Below are positions 1 through 10,560 of a stretch of 64,000 nucleotides of DNA, in pieces; the first letter of the stretch is position 1, and each line of letters begins with the position of its first letter. Source of the DNA: Octopus sinensis (lineage: Eukaryota); contig NC_043025.1 in assembly GCF_006345805.1 (NCBI RefSeq), forward strand, positions 5,518,001 to 5,582,000, given 5' to 3'. The notes under the pieces are model-generated. The model was not told the DNA's origin. It worked only from the letters and a program-made list of their open reading frames with translations, and searched no databases. The translations under genes were made by a program, and so were the position numbers.

Positions 1-45
1 GCCGTGTTTTATTCACATAGGTTTTTATTAATTACTAGCAGTATA

Positions 46-455
46 GGTGCAGGAGTGGCTGTGTGGTAAGTAGCTTGCTAAACAACCACATGGTTCCGGG
101 TTCAGTCCCACTGCGTGGCATCTTGGGCAAGTGTCTTCTGCTATAGCCCGGGCCGACCAATGCCTTGTGAGTGGATTTGGTAGACGGAAACTGAAAGAAG
201 CCTGTCGTATATATGTATATATATGTATGTGTGTGTGTTTGTGTGTCTGTGTTTGTCCCCCTAGCATTGCTTGACAACCGATGCTGGTGTGTTTACGTCC
301 CCGTCACTTAGCGGTTCGGCAAAAGAGACTGATAGAATAAGTACTGGGCTTACAAAGAATAAGTCCCGGGGTCGATTTGCTCGACTAAAGGTGGTGCTCC
401 AGCATGGCCGCAGTCAAATGACTGAAACAAGTAAAAGAGAAAAGAGTAAAGAGAG
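46..455 (+). mobile_element. tRNA-derived SINE, family A (full length)
   Basis: A-box-like TGGCTGTGTGG, B-box-like GGTTCAGTCCC, CORE-like CTTGGGCAAGT, internal (TA/TG)n, and AAAAGAG tail. Other copies at about 5761-6125(+), 11083-11496(-), 42765-43155(+), 45457-45868(+), 46506-46915(+), 49001-49409(-), 62035-62346(-). Confidence 0.85.
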
Positions 456-1055
456 AGTATCGCCTGGCGTTGCTCGGGTTTGTAAGGGAAATAACTATAA
501 GCATTTTTAGAGAGTTACTTCCCTTATATAACCCAAGCAAAAATCATTAAAAATGCGGAAAAATGATGGTAAATCTTTTTTTTTAAACGTAGACTCATTG
601 TAGACACGTGCTAATGCCCAGAAGGGCTTGATATGAATGACGACTATAAGATACCTGCTTTTGGTTAAACTGCACCGCAAAATGTGGGAGTAGTTAGGAA
701 TCTAAATCGTAGGAGACAGATGCACAACCTTACTTTTATATATAAAGACTAACAGTATTGCCCGGCGTTGCTCGGGTTTGTAAGGGAAATAACTATATAA
801 GCATTTTTAGAGAGTTACTTCCCTTATTTAATAGCAAAAAAATGCATTAAAAATGGGAAAAAATTATGGCAAATTTTTTTTTAAATCGTAGACTCATTGT
901 AGACGCGTGCTAATACCCAGAAGGGCTCGATATGAATGATGACTATAAGATACCCGCTTTTGGTTAAACTGCACCACAAAATGTGGGAGTAGTTAGGAAT
1001 CTAAATCGGAGGAGACAGAGTCTCACACACACAACTTCAATTTTATATATAAAGA
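456..1055 (-). mobile_element. Two head-to-tail non-autonomous Helitrons
   Basis: Element sense: 5' TCTTTATATAT, 3' CCCGAGCAACGCCGGG hairpin and (C/T)TAG end. Units 456-748 and 749-1055 abut directly. Confidence 0.8.
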
Positions 1056-1070
1056 TAATTAATTTTTTCG

Positions 1071-1322
1071 TGACGTATATTTGCCATGTAAATATGGCTA
1101 ACCCCTAAGGGTGGATGCTACTGTAGTTTGTAGCCCCAGGAAGATATCTCCTCCAGCTGGCTATAGACACACTTTCTGTTCCCTATCAGTGTTTGCAAAA
1201 GGAAGCCCAATACCCAGAAAGTGTGTCTATGGCCAGCTGGAGGAGGTGTCCTCCTGGGGCTACAAACTACAGTAGCATCCACCCTTAGGGGTTAGCCATA
1301 TTTAAATGGCAAATATACGTCA
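1071..1322. repeat. Fold-back element, ~108-bp arms with 36-nt spacer
   Basis: 1071-1178 is the near-perfect reverse complement of 1215-1322. Confidence 0.9.
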
Positions 1323-1386
1323 AGATGTGTTGCAGCTACTGTTTATAACTAGCTCTGAGATTTATAATTAAGTTTTTAAATTACAG

Positions 1387-1484
1387 GAAGTCATTGATGT
1401 TTCTGCCTGTGGTTGTGGAGAGAAGTTCCAGTCTGTGATTGTCTCACCTGAATTTGCTGGTAAATCTTTATTGAGTCAACACAG
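1387..1484 (+). CDS. BOLA2: BolA-like protein 2, internal coding exon (first exon upstream of window)
   Basis: ttacag|GAA...CAC AG|gtgagt. Translates EVIDVSACGCGEKFQSVIVSPEFAGKSLLSQH(R), matching the BolA2 pattern D-x-S-x-GCG-x-KF-x3-IVS-x2-F-x-GK-x-LL-x2-HR. 98 nt, ends in phase 2, compatible with the 9218 exon. Confidence 0.93.
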
Positions 1485-1648
1485 GTGAGTCTGTTTGTCT
1501 CCTGAATTTGCATAATTAACGAAGAGTAGAGCTGAGCCTGTGGAAAAATAGACACATGACCGTTTATCTCCTTTATAGAAGCACACCTTTTTGTCTGCGT
1601 TCTTGTTAACTCTTTCTCTTTCCATCTCTGGCCAGGTAACCAGGTATC

Positions 1649-2304
1649 GGATCTTTTTGGTTTGAACGGCAGTTTTTTAAAATAATTTCCACGCAACTAA
1701 ACACTTTTAAACTTCGTATACTGGTAGAATGTGTTTATAAAACATCTTTTTCTCTTGGCTTTATTGAGAAAATTCTATGGTTTGTAAGATATTTGTTGGG
1801 TTTTTTTTCTTCAATTTCTGCAATTTCAACCAATCACTGATGTCTATTGAGGTGAAAACATTCTGTGCCGTATGAATATGTCCCTCGTTTAAGGAACAGA
1901 GATCTTTTCGGTTTGACCGGCAGTTTTTTAAAATAATTTCCACGTAACTAAAAAATTTTAAACTTCGTATACTGGTAGAATGTGTTTATAAAACATCTTT
2001 TTCTCTTGGCTTTATTGAGAAAATTCTATAGTTTGTAAGATATTTGTTGCTTTTTTTTTCTTCAATTTCTGAAATTTCAACCAATCAATGACGTCTATTG
2101 AGGTGAAAACATTCTGTGCCGTATGAATATGTCCCTCGTTTAAGAAACAGATTGGGTTTATTTACATTTCTAAAGAAAAAAGATACCCTTCCCCCTAACC
2201 CTAAAACATTGAAATGCAATAGATCGATACTAGGGTTATAATTATGGGTAACAATTTCATATGACACCGCTAGGAAAAACTGCCGTTCAAACCGAAAAGA
2301 TCCC
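1649..2304. mobile_element. MITE with GGGATCTTTTCGGTTTGAACGGCAG TIRs (superfamily unassigned)
   Basis: ~30-bp TIRs; left ~260 bp duplicated; flanked by CAGGTATC at 1641-1648 and 2305-2312. Confidence 0.8.
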
Positions 2305-2507
2305 CAGGTATCTCCTCTACAGCAATACACCTGTTTCTGTCTCTCTGTTACACTCTAACCTGTCGCAAGATCACCTCCTCTAATGCCCTTTCCTCTCTCA
2401 AAAAATTCCTTGTCTTGCGAATGACTGAAAAGCGGTTGGCATTAGAAAAGTCATTCAATGTTAGAAACCATACCAAAGCAGGTTTTGGAACATGATGCTG
2501 TCCTCTT

Positions 2508-3520
2508 ATTTCTTTATTACCCACAAGGGGCTAAACACAGAGGGGCCAAACAAGGACAGACAAAGGGATGAAGTCGATTAGATTGAACCCCAGTGCGTAA
2601 CTGGTACTTAATTTATCCACCCCCGAAAGGATGAAAGGCAAAGTTGACATCAACGGAATTTGAACTCAGAACGTAGCAGCAGACGAAATACCTATTTCTT
2701 TACTACCCACAAGGGGCTAAACATAGAGAGGACAAACAAGGACAGACAAAGGGATGAAGTCGATTAGATTGAATCCCAGTGCGTAACTGGTACTTAATTT
2801 ATCCACCCCCGAAAAGATGAAAGGCAAAGTTGACATCAACGGAATTTGAACTCAGAACGTAGCAGCAGACAAAATACCTATTTCTTTACTACCCACAAGG
2901 GGCTAAACATAGAGAGGACAAACAAGGACAGACAAAGGGATTAAGTCGATTAGATTGACCCCCAGTGTGTAACTGGTACTTAATTTATCGACCCCCGAAA
3001 GGATGAAAGGCAAAGTCAACATCAGCGGAATTTGAACTCAGAACGTAGCGGCAGACGAAATACCTATTTCTTTACTACCCACCAGGGGCTAAACATAGAG
3101 AGGACAAACAAGGACAGACAAAGGGATTAAGTCGATTAGATTGACCCCCAGTGTGTAACTGGTACTTATTTAATCGACCCCGAAAGGATGAAAGGCAAAG
3201 TTGGCATCAACGGAATTTGAACTCAGAACGTAGCAGCAGACGAAATACCTATTTCTTTACTACCCACAAGGAGCTAAACATAGAGAGGACAAAGGGACTA
3301 AGTCGATTAGATTGACCCCCAGTGTGTAACTGGTACTTAATTTATCGACCCTGAAAGGATGAAAGGCAAAGTTGACATCAACGGAATTTGAACTCAGAAC
3401 GTAGCAGCAGCGCTATCGATTAGATTGATCCCCAGTGTGTAACTGGTACTTAATTTATTGACCCCGAAAGGATGAAAGGCAAAGTCGACCTTGGCAGAAC
3501 TTGAGCTCAGAACGTAGAGG
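2508..3520 (-). mobile_element. SINE family B tandem array (head-less ~190-bp units)
   Basis: Repeated unit GTATTTCGTCTG...GAGTTCAAATTCC...CCTTTCATCCTTTCGGGGTCGAT...AAAGAAATAG (element sense). Confidence 0.85.
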
Positions 3521-4100
3521 CTTTTAAGCCAGCTCCTGTGGAGGGCTCTTCATTAGGTTTTGGGCCCAACAATGACACTTCATGCATTAAGCACATATTA
3601 AATTTTATTAAACTAATGAAGAGCCCTCCACAGGAGCTGGCTTAAAAGCCTCTACATTCTGAGCTCAAGTTCTGCCAAGGTCGACTTGCCTTTCATCCCT
3701 TCGGGGTCAATAAATTAAGTACCAGTTACACACTGGGGGTCAATCTAATCGATTGTGCAGCTTTTAAGTTGGTGTATAGTTACCTCTTAAGCCTGACTTA
3801 TATTATCTGTCTCTTTTACTGAATTATTCAGTAAACAAACCAACACCGGTTGTCAAGATATGATGAGGGAGACACAGACACACACACACATATAAGATGG
3901 GCTTCCTTCAGTTTCCGTCTATGAAATCCACTCGCAAGGCTTTGGTTGGCCTGAGGTTAGTAGAAAGCACATGCCCAAGGCGCCATGCTGTAGGACTGAA
4001 CCTGGAACCTTGTGGTTGGGAAACAAACTGCTTACCACACAGCCACCCCTGTATATGATTCTGGGTAGAAGGGTTCAAATCATCTCTCAATAAGCATCAC

Positions 4101-4834
4101 TCTCTCTCTTTTACTCGTTTTGACTGCGGCCATGCTGGAGCACTGCCTTTTTAGTAGAGCAAATCGACCCCAGGACTTATTCTTTGTAAGCCTAGTACTT
4201 ATTCTATCGGTCTCTTTTGCCGAACCGCAAAGTAACGGGGACGTAAACACACCAGCATCGGCCGTCAAGTAATGCTAGGGGGACAAAGACAGACACACAA
4301 ACATATACACACATACATATATATATACATATATACGACGGGCTTCTTTCAGTTTCCGTCTACCAAATCCACTCACAGGGCTTTAGTCGGCCTGAGGCTA
4401 TAGTAGAAGACACTTGCCCAAGATGCCACGCAGTGGGACTGAACCCGGAACCATGTGGTTGGTTAGCAAGCTACTTACCACACAGCCACTCCTATATATA
4501 TATACGACGGGCTTCTTTCAGTTTCCGTCTACCAAATCCACTCACAAGGCTTTAGTCGGCCTGAGGCTATAGTAGAAGACACTTGCCCAAGATGCCACGC
4601 AGTGGGACTGAACCCGGAACCGTGTGGTTGGTTAGCAAGCTACTTACCACACAGCCACTCCTATATATATACGACGGGCTTCTTTCAGTTTCCGTCTACC
4701 AAATCCACTCACAAGGCTTTAGTCGGCCTGAGGCTATAGTAGAAGACACTTGCCCAAGATGCCATGCAGTGGGACTGAACCCGGAACCATGTGGTTGGTT
4801 AGCAAGCTACTTACCACACAGCCACTCCTGCGCC
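4101..4834 (-). mobile_element. SINE family A with three tandem heads
   Basis: Three ~170-bp head+(TA)n units followed by one body/tail. Head-only trimers also at 12452-12998(+) and 50700-51226(+). Confidence 0.85.
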
Positions 4835-4939
4835 TGTTGATTTAAGGGTTGGTACGTATATGTATATTTGTGTGTGTTGTTGTTTGTACGCATGCATATA
4901 TTTACATATTTAACTCCCCTTGTGAAGACCTGTTGAGGC

Positions 4940-5742
4940 AAGTGAGATCAAAATCGAAATCGATCAACATTAATGGAAATTTTAGCTGTGATACCAGTGC
5001 CAGTGGCATGTAAGCGAGCCATCCGAACGTGGCTGTTGCCAGCGCCGCCCCGACGGGCCTCCGTGCTGGTGGCACATAAAAAGCACCATCCGATCGTGGC
5101 CGTTGCCAGCCTCTCCTGGCCTCCGTGCCGGTGGCACATAAAAAGCACCATCTGATCGTGGCCATTGCCAGCCTCTCCTGGCCCCCGTGCTGGTGGCACA
5201 TAAAAAAGCACCATCCGATCGTGGCCATTGCCAGCCTCTCCTGGCCCCCGTGCTGGTGGCACATAAAAAAGCACCATCCGATCGCGGTCATTGCCAGCCT
5301 CGTCTGGCCCCCGTGCCGGTGGCACATAAAAAAGCACCATCCGATCGCGGTCATTGCCAGCCTCGCCTGGCCCCCGTGTCGGTGGCACATAAAAAGCACC
5401 ATCCGATCGTGGCCATTGCCAGCCTCTCCTGGCCCCCGTGCCTGTGGCACATAAAAAAGCACCATCCGATCGCGGTCATTGCCAGCCTCGCCTGGCCCCC
5501 GTGCCGGTGGCACATAAAAAAGCACCATCCGATCGCGGTCATTGCCAGCCTCGCCTGGCTCCTGTGCAGGTGGCACATAAAGAGCACCCACTACACTCAC
5601 GGAGTGGTTGGCGTTGGGAAGGGCATCCAGCTGTAGAAACATTGCCAGATCAGACTGGTGCCTGGTGCAGCCTCCTGGCTTCCCAGACCCCAATTGAACC
5701 GTCCAGCCCATGCCAGCATGGAAAGCGGACATTAAATGATGT
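4940..5742 (+). mobile_element. SINE-like family C ((TGA)n tail) carrying a ~63-bp internal tandem array
   Basis: About 9 copies of GGTGGCACATAAAAAGCACCATCCGATCG..., then GGCGTT(A/G)GGAAGGGCATCCAGCTGTAGAAAC body and RTE-like TGATG tail. Other copies at about 14700-14905(-), 16520-16845(+), 31320-31680(+), 46945-47270(+), 58460-58925(-). Confidence 0.75.
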
Positions 5743-6287
5743 ATTTGCAGTATTTTGTCCAGGAGTGGCTGTGTGGTAAGTAGCTTGCTAACCAACCACA
5801 TGGTTCTGGGTTCAGTCCCACTGCGTGGCACCTTGGGCAAGTGTCTTCTGCTTTAACCTCCGGCCGACCAAAACCTTGTGAACGGATTTGGTAGACGGAA
5901 ACTGAAAGAAGCCCGTCATATATATATATATATGTGTGTGTGTCCACCTCCACCACTGACAATCGGTGTTGGTGTGTCTACGTCTCCCCGTAACTTAGCG
6001 GTTCAGCAAAAAGAACCAGTAGAACATGTATCATGATTTTAAAAATAAATAAGTGCCGTCGCCAGTTCATACGGCTAAAAGTCGGTGCTCCAGCATGGCC
6101 GCAGTCTAATTACTGAAACGAAAGATGAAACCGAATTTTTAAATATTTCTGTTGAAATAATCGTTATACTGTAAGAGTTACCTCCCTTGAGCTATTCGCC
6201 AAAGTTCTTAGTTACTCGACAAAGTTAAAACGTGTAATTTGAAGGCCCATCCAAGTATGCTTACGGTGTGAATATTTACTTAAATAA

Positions 6288-7440
6288 ATATTTCTTTACT
6301 CCCCACAAGGGGACAGACAAAGGGATTAAGTCGATTACATCGATCCCCAGCGCGTAACTGGTACTTAATTTATCGACCCCAAAAGGATGAAAGGCAAAGT
6401 CGACCTCGGCGGAATTTGAACTCACAACGTAACGGCAGACGAAATACCTATTTCTTTACTACCCACATGGGGCTAAACATAGAGGAGACAAACAAGGACA
6501 GACAAAGGGACTAAGTCGATTAGATTGATCCCCAGTGTGTAACTGGTACTTAATTTATCGACCCTGAAAGGATGAAAGGCAAAGTCGACCTCAGCGGAAT
6601 TTGAACTCAGAACGTAGCAGCAGACGAAATACCTATTTCTTTACTAGGACAAACAAAGGGATTAAGTCGATTAGATTGAACCCCAGTGTGTGACTGGTAC
6701 TTAATTTATCGACCCTGAAAGGATGAAAGGCAAAGTCGACCTCAGCGGAATTTGAACTCAGAACGTAGCAGCAGACGAAATACCTATTTCTTTACTAGGA
6801 CAAACAAAGGGATTAAGTCGATTAGATTGACCCCCAGTGTGTGACTGGTACTTAATTTATCGACCCTGAAAGGATGAAAGGCAAAGTCGACCTCAGCGGA
6901 ATTTGAACTCAGAACGTAGCAGCAGACGAAATACCTATTTCTTTACTAGGACAAACAAAGGGATTAAGTCGATTAGATTGACCCCCAGTGTGTGACTGGT
7001 ACTTAATTTATCGACCCTGAAAGGATGAAAGGCAAAGTCGACCTCAGCGGAATTTGAACTCAGAACGTAGCAGCAGACGAAATACCTATTTCTTTACTAC
7101 CCAAAAGGGGCTAAACATAGAGGGGACGAACAAGGACAAACAAACAGATTAAGTCGATTACATTGACCCCAGTGTGAAACTGGTACTTTATTTATCGACC
7201 CCGAAAGGATGAAAGGCAAAGCCGACCTCGGTGGAATTTGAACTCAGAACATAGCGGCAGACGAAATACCTATTTCTTTATTATCCACAAGGGGCTAAAC
7301 ACAGAGAGGACAGACATAGGTATTAAGTCGAAAGGATGAAAGGCAAAGTCGACCTCGGTGGAATTTGAACTCAGAACGTAGCGACAGACGAAATACAGCT
7401 AGGCATTCCGCCCGGCGTGCTATCATTTCTGCCAGCTCAC
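6288..7440 (-). mobile_element. SINE family B tandem array with one terminal head
   Basis: About 7 units, some internally deleted. A single GAGCTGGCAGAA head at the 7390-7440 end. Similar arrays at 24773-25262(-) and 49942-50352(-). Confidence 0.85.
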
Positions 7441-7604
7441 CACAGAAGGCCATATCTGGCCAGTTTGAAGATCAAACTGGAAGATTATTTTGGCCAGATA
7501 TGGCTGGGTTAAACTCTAAGGGTGAAGTATATGTGACATCAATAATCTTTATATTATTAGACCTCCTCTTGGAATTTGTCACCCAACAACCATTTCTACA
7601 CCCA

Positions 7605-8410
7605 CCATTATTACCTCTGCCTTAACCCTTTCGTTACCAACCCGGCCAAAACCGGCTCGTAAGTTCTGAATAAAAATCTTCCACTAACCTTAGTCACAAT
7701 TTATGTTCCTAACACCAGCTGAATGATAACAAAGTTATTTTACTAAATTCTTTGTTATATTTAAAATAATTGAAAGAAACACAGAGCATCTCAACAGAAA
7801 TATGGTAACAAAAGGGTTCAAGTCACCATGATATTTTTAACCCTTTTGATACCAACCCGGCTGAAACCACCTCTGGCTTTGTAGTACAAATGTCTTGTTT
7901 TCATAAGTTCTGAATTAAAATCTTGCACCAAACTTTAGTCACAATTTATGTTCCTAACACTAGCTTAATAATAACTAAGTTATTTTACTAAATTCTTTGT
8001 TATATTTCAATTTAATTGAAAGAAACACAGAGCATCTCAAAAAATACAGTAACGAGAGGGTTAATGAAGGCAGTGGTATGGTTTACAGTTGCGTGTGTTT
8101 GTTTGTCCGTAGACAAAATATCTCAAGAACTGCTGGATGGATTCGGATGAAACTTTCAGGGATGTTTGCCCTTGTGACTGGCATGAATTGATTGTATTTT
8201 GGGATCGATCCGGTACTGGACAAAGGTACTGGATTATTTTTCCTGTTTTTTTACTTAATTCTAGAGAGCGGTCAGGTTCATTTTTAGTATTCTCATTTGT
8301 GAGATCAGTCGAGTTTATTTCAGATATTCTCATTTTAAAAATCATCTCTGACTAATCACTGGGAGGACGTTGGTGTTGCCTAGGCAGAGGTTTGCAATCT
8401 CTGGGTGCGC

Positions 8411-8445
<35 letters not shown>

Positions 8446-9175
8446 TCTGCCTTAGCAAGAAGGCAGAGGTATTGTTTTCAGTCATATGTGTTTCTTTGTT
8501 TGTTTGTCCATGGACAAGATATCTCAAGAACCACTGGATGGATTCGGATGAAACTGTCAGGGATGTTTGGCCTCGTGACTGGCACAAACTGATTAGAGTT
8601 TGGTACCGGACAAGGATTCTGGATTATTTTTCCAGTTTCTTTACTTCATTTTTGAGAGCAGTTGGGTTCATTTTAATATTCTCGTTTGTGAGATCAGTCG
8701 AGTTTATTTCAGATATTCTCATTTTAAAGATCATCTCTGGCTAATCATTGAGAAGATGTTGGTGATGCCTTGGCAGAGGTTTATGCTCTCTGACTACTCT
8801 TGTTATCTCTGCCTTAGTGAGAAGGCGAAGGTATTGTTTTCAGTCACATTTGTTTGTTTGTTTGTCTGTGGACAAGATATCTCAAGAACCGCTGGATGGA
8901 TTCAGATGAAACTTTCAGGGATGTTTGGCCTTGTGACTGACACAAACTGATTAGATTTTGGGACCAATCCGGTACCGGACAAGGATTCTGGATTATTTTT
9001 CCTGTCTTTTACTTAATTTTTGAGAGCAGTTGGGTTCACTTTTAGTATTCTCGTTTGTGAGAGCAATCCAGTTTATTTCAGATATTCTCATTTCAAAAAT
9101 CATCTCTGGCTAATCGGTAAGAGGACGTTGGTGTTGCCTAGGCAGAGGTTTGTGCTCTCTGAGTGCTCTTCTTCT
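7605..9175 (+). mobile_element. Three tandem DINE-1/HINE-like (Helentron-associated) elements
   Basis: 5' TACCTCTGCC...GGCAGAGGTA palindrome, (GTTT/GTCT) microsatellite, and 3' GGCAGAGGT plus short stem-loop. First unit is interrupted at 7622-8064. Confidence 0.6.
7626..8060. mobile_element. Dimer of piggyBac-like MITEs
   Basis: TTAA|CCCTTT(C/T)G(T/A)TACC ... GGTAAC(A/G)AAAGGG|TTAA termini; TTAA at 7622-7625 and 8061-8064. Confidence 0.75.
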
Positions 9176-9217
9176 TATTATTAATTTTATTGTTTCTGTT
9201 CCTCTTTTTCTTTCCAG

Positions 9218-9332
9218 ATTGGTTAATTCTATTCTGAAAGAAGAACTGAAAATAATCCATGCCTTCCAAATGAAAACCATGACACCTGAACAGTGGGACC
9301 AGAAGCAAAATGAGGTGTCTGCAACTAGTTGA
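9218..9332 (+). CDS. BOLA2: BolA-like protein 2, last coding exon
   Basis: Polypyrimidine tract + tttccag|A TTG GTT... gives (R)LVNSILKEELKIIHAFQMKTMTPEQWDQKQNEVSATS*. Matches the BolA2 C-terminus LVN-x2-L-x-EEL-x2-IHAF-x2-KT-x-TP-x-QW, including the Fe-S ligand His. Confidence 0.95.
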
Positions 9333-9339
9333 GATTATG

Positions 9340-9384
9340 ATATACATATATATATGTATATACTACATATATAATATATATATC

Positions 9385-9471
<87 letters not shown>

Positions 9472-9790
9472 CGCACACACACACTATATATATACATACA
9501 AATATATATATATATATACACACACACAATATATATATATATATATAAAAACACAATTTATATTATATATATATACACACACACACAATATATATATATA
9601 CACACACAATATATATTATATATATAATATAGATATATATATACACACACACACAATATATATATACACACACAATATATATATATATATACACACACAA
9701 TATATATATATATATAAAAACACAATTTATATATATAATATATATACACACACATACAATATATATATATATATTATATATATACAACAC

Positions 9791-9837
<47 letters not shown>

Positions 9838-9869
9838 TCAATATATATATATATATTTATACACACACG

Positions 9870-9933
<64 letters not shown>

Positions 9934-9965
9934 TATATATACACACACACACACATATTTATGTA
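9340..9965. repeat. Compound (TA)n/(CA)n microsatellite directly after the BOLA2 stop
   Basis: Direct reading. Confidence 0.95.
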
Positions 9966-10095
9966 TGTATATTGCACTTGTAACTATGTTTGTACCACAT
10001 GTAGATTGCTGTGTTCAGGTTCCTGGATAATGGCATGAAACTATGACACAAAAGTACTTATAGGTCTCAGATGATTATAAAAATACTTTCTACAA

Positions 10096-10414
10096 TACGA
10101 GGTGTGGTCAAAAAGTATCCAACCTTTGGCCAAAAAACAAAATGGCGGTGCCCCAGCATGGCCACAGCTCGTGAGCTGCAACTAGATCAAATGAAATGAA
10201 AAATTTTGATTTCGTCTCCTTCAAAGTATTCGCCTTGGGAGGTCTACTCAACGGGTCACTGTGAGTGAATGACGCAACCTACAGACCCGAAAATGTTTGC
10301 GCACGCTCAGGAAGGACACAGCCACCTAATACCCATGTAAATTTTGCTCCCGCGTTTTTATTTTGTGCAAAAAAAAAAAAATGAAGGTTGGATGCTTATT
10401 GATTACACCTTTTA
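10096..10414. mobile_element. Mariner-like MITE
   Basis: TA-CGAGGTGTGGTCAAAAAGTATCCAACCTT ... AAGGTTGGATGCTTATTGATTACACCT-TTTA imperfect TIRs. Confidence 0.65.
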
Positions 10415-10554
10415 CTCTCTGGAAATGCATATCAAGAACTTAGCATGTAACTAAAACAAAAAAATATATATACACATTCTTTGCTACACACATACATACA
10501 TGCGCTCACACATACACACACTTATGAATTGGAATTCAGTATTTGAATTTCTTC

Positions 10555-10560
10555 AATAAA
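10555..10560 (+). promoter_or_regulatory. Possible BOLA2 polyadenylation signal
   Basis: First AATAAA I noticed downstream of the BOLA2 stop, followed by T/GT-rich sequence. No transcript evidence. Confidence 0.25.

Noticed and set aside
4902-5840. Long ORFs over tandem repeats (also 26556-27228, 28919-29599, 43494-44008, 48210-48714, 57472-58384, 62576-63515)
   Set aside because: They translate stop-poor minisatellites or microsatellites in several frames at once, with no splice context.
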